A stretch of 60,360 nucleotides of DNA, the filler included, from Hausera hauseri (lineage: Eukaryota): NCBI GenBank assembly GCA_046269625.1. It is 12 parts of 12 records of this genome, joined end to end, with 100 filler letters (N's around TTAATTAATTAA, not from the genome) between each part and the next. Parts side by side here need not be neighbours in the genome. Positions count along the whole stretch, not along the records: positions 9,737 to 15,388 come from JBJURY010213188.1; positions 15,489 to 19,923 come from JBJURY010583111.1; positions 20,024 to 26,980 come from JBJURY010048552.1; 9 more parts are not named here. The stretch is one strand, 5' to 3'. This document shows positions 12,550 to 24,574 of the stretch, piece after piece (position 1 is the stretch's first letter; each line of letters begins with the position of its first letter). Position numbers and translations under genes: made by a program. A model generated the notes under the pieces. It was not told where the DNA came from and did not search any database. It saw nothing but the letters and a program-made list of their open reading frames with translations.

Positions 12550-13700
12550 GTGACAACAAAGAGCTACTCAACATTATACAGAAATCCTAAAGGTATTCAT
12601 GGCTGACCAGTGGGACATAGAGTGCACATCTCTCATCAAACACCGAATAGACACGATAGGAGCGCCGATTAATATCAAACTTTACAGGCAACAAGTAAAC
12701 CTACAGAAAAAGATCGACGAGACCATCCTAAACCTATGGGAAAACGATATTATCAAGCCATGAAACTCAGCATGGAATGCACTAATGATATGCGTATGGA
12801 CGAAAGACAAGGACGATGTCAGAATATGCCTGGAATTCATACAGCTGAATCTTATAACGGAATCGCAGGCCCTTTCCATGCCTAACGTGCTAGAGATATT
12901 GGAAAGGTTATACGGGACCACGTTTTTCACGTCAATCGACCTAGGGAATGCATACTATCAAGTGGAGTTAGAGGAAGACTCCAAATTGATGACGGCGTTT
13001 TCAACCAAATTAGGACAGTTCTGTTTCAACAGGTTGCCATTCGGTATAGCAGCAGGCCTAGGAACCTTCCAAAAAGTAATGAATAAAGTACTAGACGATA
13101 ATGAACAAATAGAGCTATACCTAGATGGTATACGAATCTTCTTTAGGACTCTAGAACAGCATTATAGTATACTAGAAAAGGTATTGCAGTGGATCAGGGA
13201 AGCAGGTCTCAGAGTAAACCTAGCGAAATGTCACATCCTCAGGAAAGAAGTAAAATTTTTATGGCATATAGTTAATATAAAAAGGATACAGACAGACCCT
13301 TTAAAACTGGAAGCAATTAAGTTCTTTGAGAAACCAAAATTTGTGAAGAATCTTCTTAGGGATCTGCAACTATTGCAGAAGATTTATCCAAGTATACGCA
13401 GCAAAGACCAAGACATTGAAGCAAGTATTAGGATTGAATAACAGGAAACTAATATGGACCGAGCAATATAACGAGGCTTTAAAGTTAATGAAAAGAGCCT
13501 TAGCCACACTGCCTATACTATGTTTCCCTGATTTTAACAGAGAAATATCCTCGATACGGAGGCAAGCTTCGACATCATTGGAGCGGTACTCTCAGAAGGA
13601 TAGTTCGGAGCGCGAGAGAGTGATCGCGTACGGATCGCACGCAATGAACAACCATGAAAAATGATATTGTATAACTCGGAAGGAAGTACTGGCCATGTAA
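12550..13700 (+). pseudogene. Ty3/Gypsy pol fragment (reverse transcriptase and RNase H), disrupted
   Basis: 'FTSIDLGNAYYQV', 'TAFSTKLGQFCFNRLPFG', 'YLDGI' (YxDD mutated), 'KVLQWIREAGLRVNLAKC', 'PILCFPDF', 'RVIAYGSH'. Confidence 0.9.
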
Positions 13701-14633
13701 GTAGGTAGAAGTGTCCTCTGCTAATCACTTCCCCAAGTGCAAACCAGTTTTCCCCACCTATCTCGCAATTATGAGCCCTTTATGTCTGGAGGTCGGCGAC
13801 TCCAGGGACAGACGAATGTCGGGCAATGGACGTTAGACCGAAACCAATAGGTCGAGCCGGACAAAGCGAGCAAAAGTCAACAGAGCCGCAGCGCCGAAAA
13901 ATGTAACCCGGTGGTACAGGAGGCGGAAGAAGAAAAACGGGCAATGTGCAACCAGCAACGCAAGACATGTTGTTGGTATACCGAAATTTTGCACAGAGGT
14001 AAAATTGATGTTGGCAAGTAGAATGGATACGGTTTCATCGTCGTGCGACCAAGGGAACATGGGGAGAACCGATTGGGCAAATTTCCTTCGGGTAAAATTT
14101 CCCCATGTTCTAGTCTGCCGGTTTTGGAAATGGGTCTCATGCATTGCCCATAAATTGGGATAAATTTAATATTAAAACCGCTTCGCGATCAGACCAAGGG
14201 ATCCGGGTGAAAAATGCAATTGGAAAACGCATTGTTAAAAAGTCTAAATCGTCATCATCATCACCATCATCGTCATTATCATTGTCAATGCTTTGTTTTT
14301 TAAAAATCGTGAATTTTATTTTGTACGACAACGTCACTTAAAACCAAGCGGTTTTCGATGGCACAAATTACCGCAAGCTCATAATTGGGTACTACTACTA
14401 CTCACAAGTAGAATGATTGATCAACAGTGCTGTGGTGGTGTTGCTGGTGGTGGTAGTGACACCTGAGACCGTCTGCCTACAAACTAATGAGTACCACCAA
14501 ATGTGTAACAGATATTGAAATTATTTAACAACAGCAACAGCAATATAACAAGGTGTATATTTCAAAATCACAAAAACAGTCTGTCTGTACATTCAAAAGA
14601 GCGGAATACGTTTAGTCAATGTTCACAATAATG

Positions 14634-14930
14634 TCAGTAATGTAAGCCACAATAGACAGTAATGTCCACACAATACGGTAAGTGGATGTTGATAATGAAG
14701 TCAATTATATTCAACACGATAATATGATTGTCTGTCAATTTACGAGAAATTAACCTTGACGAAATCCGGATGTACATAACTGCAATCGAATGTTCACCCG
14801 ATAACGATGAACTATGTGTGTATTGACGATAAAATCTCCGCCACAATTTTGTCGTAAGTCACGCGGCATACGATTCAGTGAAAACACTGCGGAATTTCAC
14901 ATCCAAGAGCAGTTTTCCATAGTGACTGAG
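14634..14930 (-). pseudogene. Maverick/Polinton adenain-like cysteine protease remnant
   Basis: Across a frameshift: 'VFSLNRMP..FIVNTH-SSSLSGEHSIAV' (IVNTD..GEHW) and 'TVYCG'. Lies directly after a major capsid gene. Confidence 0.55.
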
Positions 14931-15024
14931 TTCAGTTGAGCTAAACGTAAAACGTTATTTAATCATAATAGTAATAATGGTAATAAATTACTTCATGGTA
15001 CAAAGGGGAAAAAGGAGGTTTCAT

Positions 15025-15388
15025 TTATACAATGACGGTTCCGTTTTTCGTTATTTTAACCGCGGCATCAAGTATATCGTAAATGTACATCACGGTAGAC
15101 TATTCCAATGCTTTAGCAAAATGAATCTACAATCGTAGGTTTCCCTGCTGAGGTAGTTGTGCCTGTTCAACGCCATAATTTGGAGCCAGGACAAAGGTGA
15201 AGAATGGATAGGTGGACTTGAACAATTCCATCGATATGTCATTGTTGACATTTTTCTTCAGCAAACCCATGTTGCGCACGATAGATTGCATATATGTGGA
15301 AACATAATTGACGGTCTCGAAATCCTGCTTGTATGTCTCAACGAAATCCGCATTCCGACCCAAACTGATGTAATTCACATTGCTATGG
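15025..15388 (-). pseudogene. Maverick/Polinton major capsid protein (PY), C-terminal part
   Basis: 'NNDISMELFKSTYPFFTFVLAP...QQGNLRL-IHFAKAL..VMYIY..AAVKITKNGTV' matches the PY C-terminal pattern. Confidence 0.7.
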
Positions 15389-15488
15389 NNNNNNNNNNNN
15401 NNNNNNNNNNNNNNNNNNNNNNNNNNNNNNNNTTAATTAATTAANNNNNNNNNNNNNNNNNNNNNNNNNNNNNNNNNNNNNNNNNNNN
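15389..15488. other. Artificial contig spacer
   Basis: N44-TTAATTAATTAA-N44. Confidence 0.98.
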
Positions 15489-16604
15489 GTTCACTAATCT
15501 TTGCGATCTCATTTCTTATAACTTGCATTAGTGAATCCGGTATTTGCAGATTAGTATTAAACTCAACGAATGCATTGTGCATTCTTGCTAACAAAGTTTG
15601 TAGTAGTGTTATCAATGACACATTATCTAAGTAATATTTATCTTCCATTGTTAGTAATCTTCGAACAGCTTCATCATCACTGGCTTTCCTACCCTTCAAC
15701 TGATAAAGTTTCGTTGTTCCTTTTGGTCTGCCGCGGTTTCTCTTATCTGTTTGTATTTGCACTGATATGGGAATATTCACTCCCATTTCCATTTGTTGAC
15801 CGTCATGCTGATGTTCGATTTCTTGTGTTTCTTTTCGCCTAACATCTTTGATAATTTCTTCAATTATTTCCTGTTCAGACTGTCTTTAAGTAATACACAC
15901 AGGATTATATCAGTTTTCCCAGATATGTACTTTATATAAAGTTTCATAATCCATCAACCTTTGTCCATATAAGCGTAACTCTAATTCTCCTTGAGGCTAG
16001 TTTATTTCATTAATTTTATGTTTTAATACAGCTATTGTATCCAACGATTTCATCCTCAAAATATGAAGGTACTAGTTGTACTGTTGGAGTATTACCATTA
16101 CTTTTATTATTCTCACTCTATCAGCGTACCGGTAAATTACATATTGCACGACATTTTGATAATGACTTGTGCCAGCAGCATACAATAGTAACAGGCCCAG
16201 TAAATTAGCAAATTGTTCATGGCCAATTGTTGGCGGCAGTAACATGGACAGGTCTTGTCTAAATCGTGTGCCATCGATTAATTCCTGGTTGGCATAAGAT
16301 GATATTTTCCGAACTATTTCTACGCCATCCTGGTCTAATTCCACAGGTGAAGATTCATAACTTGGCGATTTTTCCTTTGTTTTCTTTTTTCTTATTCTTT
16401 TTAACTTCGCCTTGGGTTCGCTGTCTCCGCTTGACTTACTCTTTCACTTCCAGAATGTAAGGCCAGTTCCGGTGTCTTCAGTTTCTCTTCTTGTATCAAG
16501 GGTTTATCCTTTTTCTTGACAGTTTTCTTTTCAATATCCGATTCTGATGTAGGGGTCTCTTTAAGCTTTCCAACAGTAGCTATGATTAAACTTCCATCGT
16601 TCAC
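15489..16604 (-). pseudogene. Post-gag extension of unknown function with an AT-hook-like motif
   Basis: Colinear broken ORFs 16401..16604, 16072..16344 and 15489..15792, the last containing 'KRNRGRPKG'. Confidence 0.45.
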
Positions 16605-16661
16605 TTTCTTTCTTCTCTCGCAAATTTGTTGCTCCTTTAATACAAGGTATAACTGTTTTAA

Positions 16662-17700
16662 TTAGGCAATTTTATCCTCATCTTCCATTGTGTTGGTTTT
16701 ACTTTCTTTTAATTTAGATCTGATCTTTTGTTGTAATTTTTCAATTGTTTCTTCAGGCTCTGTATCTGTAGTTTCATGTTCATTATCCGTGTCAGATATA
16801 TTACCCACTATATCAACATTCTTCTTCTTTTGACTTGACTGTCCTTGATTAGGGCAAGTACGAGCCATATGTCCATATTTCTGACATGCGAAACATAATT
16901 GCTGTCCGTACTGATTGATCGCTGGCTTCCTCATTGCAGATTTTTGGGGTTGGTCTTGTTGCCACGTAACCTTCTTCTGCTGTTGTCACATTTGATTCTG
17001 AATTTTATAGAACTTTTTTTGAAAATTTTTCTTTGACTGACAGTTTTTCACCTTTTTATCATCAGTTTTGGGAGGCTTTTTAGTATTTTCTAATCTTTCA
17101 TAGTTTAATTCTATCTTCCTAGCCTTACTAACAGCTTCTTTATATGTGTTCGGATCTGCCACAATAATATAATTTTGTATTTCCTTGGTAACTTCATAGC
17201 AAAACTGAGCCAGGAGGGCGTCTTTTCTTATATCATCATCTGCATAGGCTCTCTGGGCCAACTTCTGAAGGGCATATGCATACTCCTGCACGCTTTCACT
17301 TTTCCTCTAACGTCGCCTGTTGAACTCTCCAATTCAACCTTTTTCTGATGGGTCTACTAAGAGTCTTTCTTCCACGGAGTCTTTAAGGCTAGCCCAATCA
17401 ACTTTATCATCCTCCGAAAGCTGAGCATAAGCACTGAGTGCTATTCTTTTAAGGTGTAAGGGAAGACGTTGCATCCTAAGCTCGTCTGACCATGCGAAGC
17501 TGTGTGAGTACATTTGATATTGCATCAAAAACTCACTATAATCTTGGTCCGATTTTCTTTCAAACTTATCCATCGGGAGGACCATTGTACCGGTTGTATT
17601 TGAACCAGTTTCTATTCCAGAGCTAGACATTGAGTTTCTTTCTATATTTGTGTTTGGTTCAACCAAAGGACTTTCGTCTGATTCAGAACTACTCCTTGCT
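16662..17700 (-). pseudogene. Ty3/Gypsy gag (capsid plus CCHC zinc knuckle), frameshifted
   Basis: 'WSDELRMQRLPLHLKRIALSAYAQL', 'VQEYAYALQKLAQRAY', 'LLAQFCYEV', 'CFACQKYGHMARTC'. Confidence 0.9.
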
Positions 17701-17768
17701 GAATCAGTGCGTGAAGTTGCAATATTAGTGTTAACTCTACTTCGAGTGTTATACGCCAGTGTGCCTCA

Positions 17769-17783
17769 TCACTCGGGGCACCA
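17769..17783 (-). promoter_or_regulatory. Primer binding site (tRNA-Met)
   Basis: Minus strand TGGTGCCCCGAGTGA, 1 nt after the LTR end TTATCA. Complementary to an elongator tRNA-Met 3' end. Confidence 0.8.
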
Positions 17784-17784
17784 G

Positions 17785-18093
17785 TGATAAGTTTAGAGGT
17801 TACGATTTATTGGTCTCTCGACCTTAAACTTATACTCTTTACTTAAAAGCTTGAGTCCTCTCTTTGCCTCAAGCTTGACTTATTTTATTATGGTAATCAG
17901 CGGCCTGTGGGTCCGACGAAGTCTAATTATTTATGATTATTTGACCTTAGTGTGCGAGTATCGTCAGGAGGTAAACTGACGTAGCTCACCCTTATTTATT
18001 AAATTTTTCACAACCGACCTTTTTAACGGAAGGTATACCAAAAATAGCGGGACCCCAAATTTATATTATTTATACCTATTACTATACAATACA
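17785..18093 (-). mobile_element. 5' LTR of Gypsy element
   Basis: Minus strand TGTATTGTA...TTATCA, followed by PBS and gag. Homologous to the solo LTR at 51000-51263. Confidence 0.75.
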
Positions 18094-19174
18094 CTTACTA
18101 ATAACTTTTAATCAATATAACAAAAAGAAAGAATCAAATAAAATTGTAATGAAAATCAAGATTATGTTCTAACAATCAAAATATGTAAGAAAAATGAATA
18201 CAAAATTACTTACGATTATCATAAACAACATTCATATCGTAACGAGTGTCAGAGTTATAAAACATTGTAGATGGTACAAATCATGTCAGTATTTATAGTC
18301 AACGATTATTAGAGAAGATTTACATAATAAATAAAAATCCATTATCATAAATTCAAAGAAAATAAAAGATCATTTCAGTTATTGTAAATCATGCAAAGAA
18401 ATTGAAAGTAATTTCCTTTTGTTTACTTTGTAATTTAATTTCCATTTCAGGTCGCCTGCTTTATTTATCTAGTGATTTTGTTTGCACATTTTTATATATT
18501 GCACAAGATTTAAATGTTATAAATATTTGGACATTTAAAAAACTCGATCAGTTTCGATTGTATTGTGGCCATTGTGATTTTTATTGAACGTTTTAATTTT
18601 GTATGTTTGGTCAAAAAAGTTTTTAATCTCTATTATGATTTACTTCGAAGGTGAATTTAATTGTAGAAAATCCATGTCATCGCTGGATTTTGGAAAACTG
18701 GAGTGCAAAAGGTGAACAGTCAACCTACAGTAACAAATCACATACACTGTATCCGTAAAGTGATGCTCGGTTGCAGATATATAGTCATCAAATAATGAAC
18801 AGCCCTGTGTGCTATAAAATATTCATGTTATCCTTGTCTGTACATATAAATTCCAAAGTGAATCGATTTTGGTGCAAAATCTTCATTCCTTTCAGTGTTA
18901 AGCACAATAAATATTAAAATACTGACTTTATAGAACTAAAAACTAAAGCGAAAGCGACGAAATTTATTTCGTCTTTAAGTAATCCTGCATAATATTGACC
19001 ACACAAATCCTTTTCCCAGAAATTAAAATGTATTGAGCGTAGTCATATCAAGTTAAGGAAGAATTATCATCCTCGAAAGTTACGTAAAATACTTTACCGT
19101 ATTCTACCTTGTTAGTCAGCAATAAAATACCTGTTTATTAATTATTTAACGTATGCAGTATTTCGCGATGCACA

Positions 19175-19923
19175 TGTACGATCCGACAAGTAATTTTTAA
19201 GACTGGCGCCATTTCCCAACAATTAGTGGAACCATCTGTTTAAAATTAACATCATTAGAAAGATACATTTTTCTTCTTTCTAACACGCCGTGGTTTATTC
19301 AAATCGAATGACAAATGAAATATTTTTAAATATATGTTGAAATTTTATCATGAAAGAAAGATCGGTCATTAAATTCTATGCCAAACTTGGTAACAGAGCA
19401 TCAGAAACATTCCAATTGATGCAAAGTGTATGGTGATGCTTGTTTAAATTGACCAAATGTTTTCGTGTGACGTAAACGATTTTTGGATGGTAGAAGGTCA
19501 CTATAAGATGACAAACATACGGGAAGGCCAATTTCAAGTGAAATACCAGAAATGATTGAAAAGTAGGTGATTTTGTTGCAAATGACCGCAGTGCTTAACT
19601 GAAAATAATGGAAGAGGCTCTAAATATCAACTGAGAGACGCTTCGGACCGTTCTTCACGGGAAAAACAAAGATCTATGCTAAATTTGTTCCATACACTTT
19701 TACGGATGAACAAAGTCAGTGAGAGTTAGTCACTCCGGAGACGTCGTTACAACACCCAGAATTGATCCAAACGTCCTAAAATCAATTGTTACGAGTGAAG
19801 AAATATGATGCTTCCAATACGATCGAAAAACCAAGTGTCAAGATTAGGAATGGAAGTCGAAAAATTCACCAGTAGCAAAAAACACGAAACGTGCCTTCAA
19901 AAATCAAAATAATGGTCATCATA
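19175..19923 (+). mobile_element. Mariner (Tc1/mariner) element with degenerate transposase
   Basis: 'IKFYAKLGNRASETFQLM', 'VYGDACL', 'DDKHTGRP', 'AKFVPYTFTDEQ' (WVPHEL-like), 'IVTSEEI*CFQYD' (TGDETW..YD). Many stops. Confidence 0.85.
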
Positions 19924-20023
19924 NNNNNNNNNNNNNNNNNNNNNNNNNNNNNNNNNNNNNNNNNNNNTTAATTAATTAANNNNNNNNNNNNNNNNNNNNN
20001 NNNNNNNNNNNNNNNNNNNNNNN
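19924..20023. other. Artificial contig spacer
   Basis: N44-TTAATTAATTAA-N44. Confidence 0.98.
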
Positions 20024-20430
20024 CAAATGAGTCATTTTCGTGCCTACACTGTAATTCAGAGACGTTTCAATGAGTGCTTTGATACTGTATAGACTGGTGT
20101 TGCCTACGATTTTGACGCTGTTTAGAGTCAGTGAAGCCTCCTGGAACAGTGTGAGAAAAAAGTAATTAGTCGGTGTGACAGTGTCTGTTTCAGCGAGAAC
20201 TGTTGATGCATCTTTTTAACAATGACTTTTACATAAAGTAGGGTATCGTTCAAATCCAGGTATTTATTGTCCGATGCCATAATTTTGAATTGAATCTCAA
20301 TGTTATCATCCGTTAAACCAATTCAACGTGTTAGATTTCTTCAAATGCCGCAATGTCAAAAACAACTTGTGGCGCACCTTTGTCAAATATACACAATTCA
20401 GATTTTGCAGAAGCCACTTGTCTGCCAATC
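20024..20430 (-). pseudogene. Maverick/Polinton major capsid protein (PY), N-terminal part
   Basis: 'AKSELCIF', 'YLDLNDTLLYVK', 'TPTNYFF-TLFQEASLTLN', 'YSIKALIETSLNY...THL'. Confidence 0.75.
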
Positions 20431-20431
20431 A

Positions 20432-20750
20432 ATCGAAAATCGTACGACGACGACGCTTGTTTATAGCTGATGAGCTGGATGGTGCTCTACGGTGTTTTCT
20501 CAAGCCACTGCTAGCGAATTGTTTTTTGACCGATTCAACGACTTCCGGTGCAGCGCTTTTTATTTGTTTTCATATAGTACGTCCTGCGCTGTTTTTCCTG
20601 CCACAACACCGATACGCTTTAACACCGGAAATGCTAAACGTGCCAATTTACGCAACCATCCAGAGCCATACTGTCTACCAACGAAATACGGCATTTCACC
20701 GCCTTGCTGGGATTTACTGTAAATGGAAACGATTTCAGAATAAATTATGT
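20432..20750 (-). pseudogene. Maverick PW-like small basic core protein
   Basis: 'QQGGEMPYFVGRQYGSGWLRKLARLAFPVLK...KRRRRTIFD', one internal stop. Lies between penton and major capsid genes. Confidence 0.6.
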
Positions 20751-21630
20751 TGTTGGATTCGACAGAAATGGAGAGTTAGACTGGTTGTGGTATCGTACCA
20801 AAATTCAATAAGGTAGTTCGCGTCACATCGGATATTCACTTCAACATGGTTCATAGATGTAGATGCCACAGGTAAGTACATTGGATTATCGAGCTTGACA
20901 GTGACATTGTCGCCAGCAGTATACTTGCTGCTTTCCGGATAAATTACACGGAGTAGCGATACACATACTTCACCGACCAAAACCAGTTCGGTGACGTTTA
21001 CGTAAATGTACATTTGACTTATTCTAGTTTTCAGTTTGGGTTTAAGTTTTGCAACATGTGCTGCCGTCGTCTTTGCCTCAAACCGCTGTTTTTCACAACC
21101 CAATACCATGGCCAAAGCTTTATCTAATGAAATGTCGACAATATTCTTAGCCAGTACAAATTTAATGTACCCATTTGCATCTGATTCTAAAACTACAAAT
21201 ATCTTGTACTTTTGATTGGAAGTGTTGACAGAAGTGTGCTACAGATTCGCAATAGACATTGTCTCCAATCGATACGGATGATGTTGATACCCTTTCTATT
21301 GTATAGGTAAATTTTATCGTTGTCTATGGAGCAACTGCATATTCACTTTTAATGTCTGTAACTTTGTACTCTAAATTTTTGACTCCAAATTTCGGCCCCA
21401 TCTCAGAGGACTCAAATGTAACAGTAATTTTAAAATCTGCCATAAATTGTAAGTTGATCTAAAATAAAAACACCGATCTTGCCGTGTGAACCTTAGTTTG
21501 CTTTGGTCGTGCAAATGGCCCATTCTCCAACTATTATTTTATTGTTACTAAGTGTCAGAGGACAAAAATGTGTTTTGGTTTCAGTAACAATCTTGTACGT
21601 TATTTTCATACTAGCTTTCAATGTCACCGG
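20735..21630 (-). pseudogene. Maverick minor capsid/penton (PX), copy 2
   Basis: 'MYIYVNVTELVLVGEVCVSLLRVI...PMYLPV...HVEVNIRCDANYLIEF..TSLTLHFCR'. Confidence 0.75.
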
Positions 21631-21816
21631 TGCGTAGGGAAAGTTAAATTCCGTCAGTGCAACCTCTCATCTTCCAGATAAATCCAAAGGATTGTTCCAA
21701 TCTACAACGTATTCATTGGCAGAATTGTTCGGACGGGTCGTCAGACAATTGTTGCTCGGCAAAACCATGTAAATACTCATTCACAATGATGTCAATAATG
21801 ATTATGCATTTGCTTA

Positions 21817-22620
21817 TTATCGACGATGTCGGAAATGTAACGTCAAATGTGTCGTTGACCCGAACAGAAATTTAATGGGTTCCCTAAATTCATCAAGCAT
21901 ATACACGGAAATACTGTGCACAATATTGTGAGACAATGATAAGTAAATTTGTCTGAGCATATTAAGGCGAACAGTTTCACCCGATGTTTCTTACGTGTCA
22001 GAATACAGTTCGATAGAAGCCAGTAGTTGTTTACGTTTTACACCAACGAGTACGGATTCGGTTAAGTCCGTTAAAATATTGATTCTATGAAATGCTCCAT
22101 AGACTTGCGGTTTGTATTTGGCAACAATAGATTGTCCAACAATGTTTTGATACAATTCGCGTTTTGAAAAACCCAGATTCCGAGCCACTAATTCATCAAA
22201 GGCAAAATATGTTACATTGTCATGTAATGTAAGCGAAATATGACCATCTGCGTTTATTTCACGTGTCTTTGCAGCCAATGCAGCCGTTTTCTTGACGGAT
22301 TCACACAATTCCTGTTCCGTTTCCATTAATAAATCGTGTGGTATAATGAGCGGAAGACTGTTTCTGACTTAATTCACTTTACTATAATATCAGATTCCGC
22401 ATTGGATAAATGGTCCAATATTTCATCATTTATAACATGTCCACCTAGCCGTAGACTTTTTGATTGTAAACTGATTGAAAGCCCCATGCCTGAGCATTAG
22501 CTATAGATTTAAGCTGCATTTCCATGGGATTTCGATGTATTAGTTTCATACGGTAGTTTGAAAAATAAAAATAAACCGGGAAATGTTGTCGCGAATAATT
22601 GCGAAGAGCATATCGGTTAT
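21817..22620 (-). pseudogene. Maverick minor capsid/penton (PX), copy 1
   Basis: 'INILTDLTESVLVGVKRKQLLASI...QIYLSL...SISVYMLDEFREPIKF..THLTLHFRHRR*', with one internal stop at 21991. Confidence 0.7.
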
Positions 22621-22676
22621 TGTATCAGATCGGTTATTGTCGGATTGTTAGTTGTTCTGTTGTTACATGATAAGTA

Positions 22677-23162
22677 ATGGCGACAGGATTTATAGATATT
22701 GAAGCTTTCCAAGATGATAATGCCCGATACATAAAGGAATTATGTATTAAGGACGTCGGTAACATTTTCAAACCACTTGTGTACGTATTCAAGCCCGGTA
22801 CTGAGTGGAATGACCTGACAGAGAAGGCGAAATTTACAAATTGATTTCTCTTCCGACATTGTCATGGACTTCATTGGTATGAAGGCGATTCAATTTTCTG
22901 TGCGACGTGTATTATGGGCGAGACTTGTAATCGTTTTGACATTGAAAATGCAATCTTTTACATTAAAGATCAAATTTACGGACAAAAGTTTACACAACTA
23001 CATTCACAGTTTTCCGAGTTTCGAATGACGACGTATTCAACATCGAACAGCTCCCTTGCGATGGTACCTGACAATATTATATGTCCGTATCGTGATCATG
23101 GACCGCATTGTGTTTACAATAAATGTCTACGACTTTCTATTGACAATATTTCATGCAAATAA
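22677..23162 (+). pseudogene. Maverick-associated DEDD-type 3'-5' exonuclease-like protein
   Basis: 'MATGFIDIEAFQ...IKEL...YVFKPGTEWNDL...HCHGLHWYEG...CPYRDHGPHC', one premature TGA at ~22842. Confidence 0.6.
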
Positions 23163-23294
23163 ATAAGTGTATTTCTTTCTTTCTGTAAATAAGGTCCGTG
23201 ACATGTTTATCCGTATTGGTCAGTTGAATATTTTAAAAACAATAAATACGGGTAAGTTGTAATAATAATCATCATCCTGGAAAGAGTCAATCAA

Positions 23295-23740
23295 TTGAAG
23301 CAATTGCAAAATTTTGATGGATTACCAATTTCAGACTTGGTACGATGGTGGCAAGTACTTGATAGTAATTTGGTTGCGAGAGCAGCAGTTGATTTTGGAT
23401 TTAAAGATTCAGCGTCAATAGCATTGATGACAGCAACAGATTGTAGCTCTATAGAAAATCTAGTTATTTTGTCAAATCAAATGTACATTCACCGATTGTA
23501 TGATACAAATTACTTTAATACTGTTAAAAAGGTACGCGGTGAATTAAAGAACTTGAAAGAAAAAATAATAGACAAAGTATGAAGCTGTCAGTTTATGTGT
23601 GTACCATGTAAACAAAGAAAAGTGTATACGTTATTATTAATGTGCGGCCATCTCCTTTTTTATCAAATATGTTCCACCAAAGTAATCCACCAAAGTTCAG
23701 AATATAAATGTGCTATAATGGAAATTGTACACATTTAATA
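23295..23740 (+). pseudogene. Unknown ORF followed by a degenerate IAP/C3HC4-type RING
   Basis: ORF 23295..23582, then 'CVPCKQRKVYTLLLMCGHLLFYQIC...YKCAI'. Confidence 0.45.
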
Positions 23741-24039
23741 CGAATGACTTCAGTAACGGAATGAAACAGTGTCATAGGCTTCAATGACGTGGATGTAATT
23801 TTAACATGTATGTATCATTGTGATATAAGACAATACTCACAAAGTAAATGTCTATCGTTTACAATGAAAATAAACCGGTATGAACAAATTTGATATAAAT
23901 ATGGATGCAGTTTTATTTCACGTTTGTCTTCTTTAAACAACGTCTTTCAAAAACAATTCAGCAGGTGACAGTTCCGCGAGTCTCTTAAAAAGCCAAGATA
24001 CAGCAAAAATTCGCCAAAAATTCCCTGCCACTGACTCAA

Positions 24040-24327
24040 ATGGTCAAAATTAAACCGGTGAAATATGATCTATTGGTGAAAAAGATCAACGACGATGACT
24101 TGGTTACAATGGAAGACACAAATAAAAAAGTTGACAGTGATTTGGTGTTAACTAACGGTGTCCAATATACGTCGTCGATTTTTCTCAAAAGAAATATGTC
24201 ACAAATTGTCAGTTCACATGGCGCAGAAACAGCAGAGGCGGTTTTGCGACTGGAAAGAGCTAAAGGTCATCTAACGTTGAAGTTGAAAGGATACAAGGAT
24301 CTGCACGGAGTTAAATCACAAATATAA
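24040..24327 (+). CDS. Hypothetical Maverick accessory protein
   Basis: 95-aa ATG-initiated ORF between capsid genes and pPolB. No recognised motif. Confidence 0.35.
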   Translation: MVKIKPVKYDLLVKKINDDDLVTMEDTNKKVDSDLVLTNGVQYTSSIFLKRNMSQIVSSHGAETAEAVLRLERAKGHLTLKLKGYKDLHGVKSQI

Positions 24328-24574
24328 AAGGTGGGACAGTTTACATTGATTTTACTTACTTTGTTTTTGATTTTAGCTTATAATTAATGAATTTTCTTAA
24401 TTTGTTTTTCATATTGTTTTTCGTCACATTATGTTAAATATATAAATATATATATATAGATAAATTAAATGATAATAAAATAAAAGGCAAAAGAAACGAA
24501 CAATACATATTATTTGTACAAAACACACAGATGAAAATGAATTGTCATAGTAAATGGGTCACTTTGATATGTTT

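Noticed and set aside
14391-14402. Maverick terminus (reverse complement of AGTAGT repeats)
   Set aside because: Cannot be distinguished from a short microsatellite; no partner TIR in the window.
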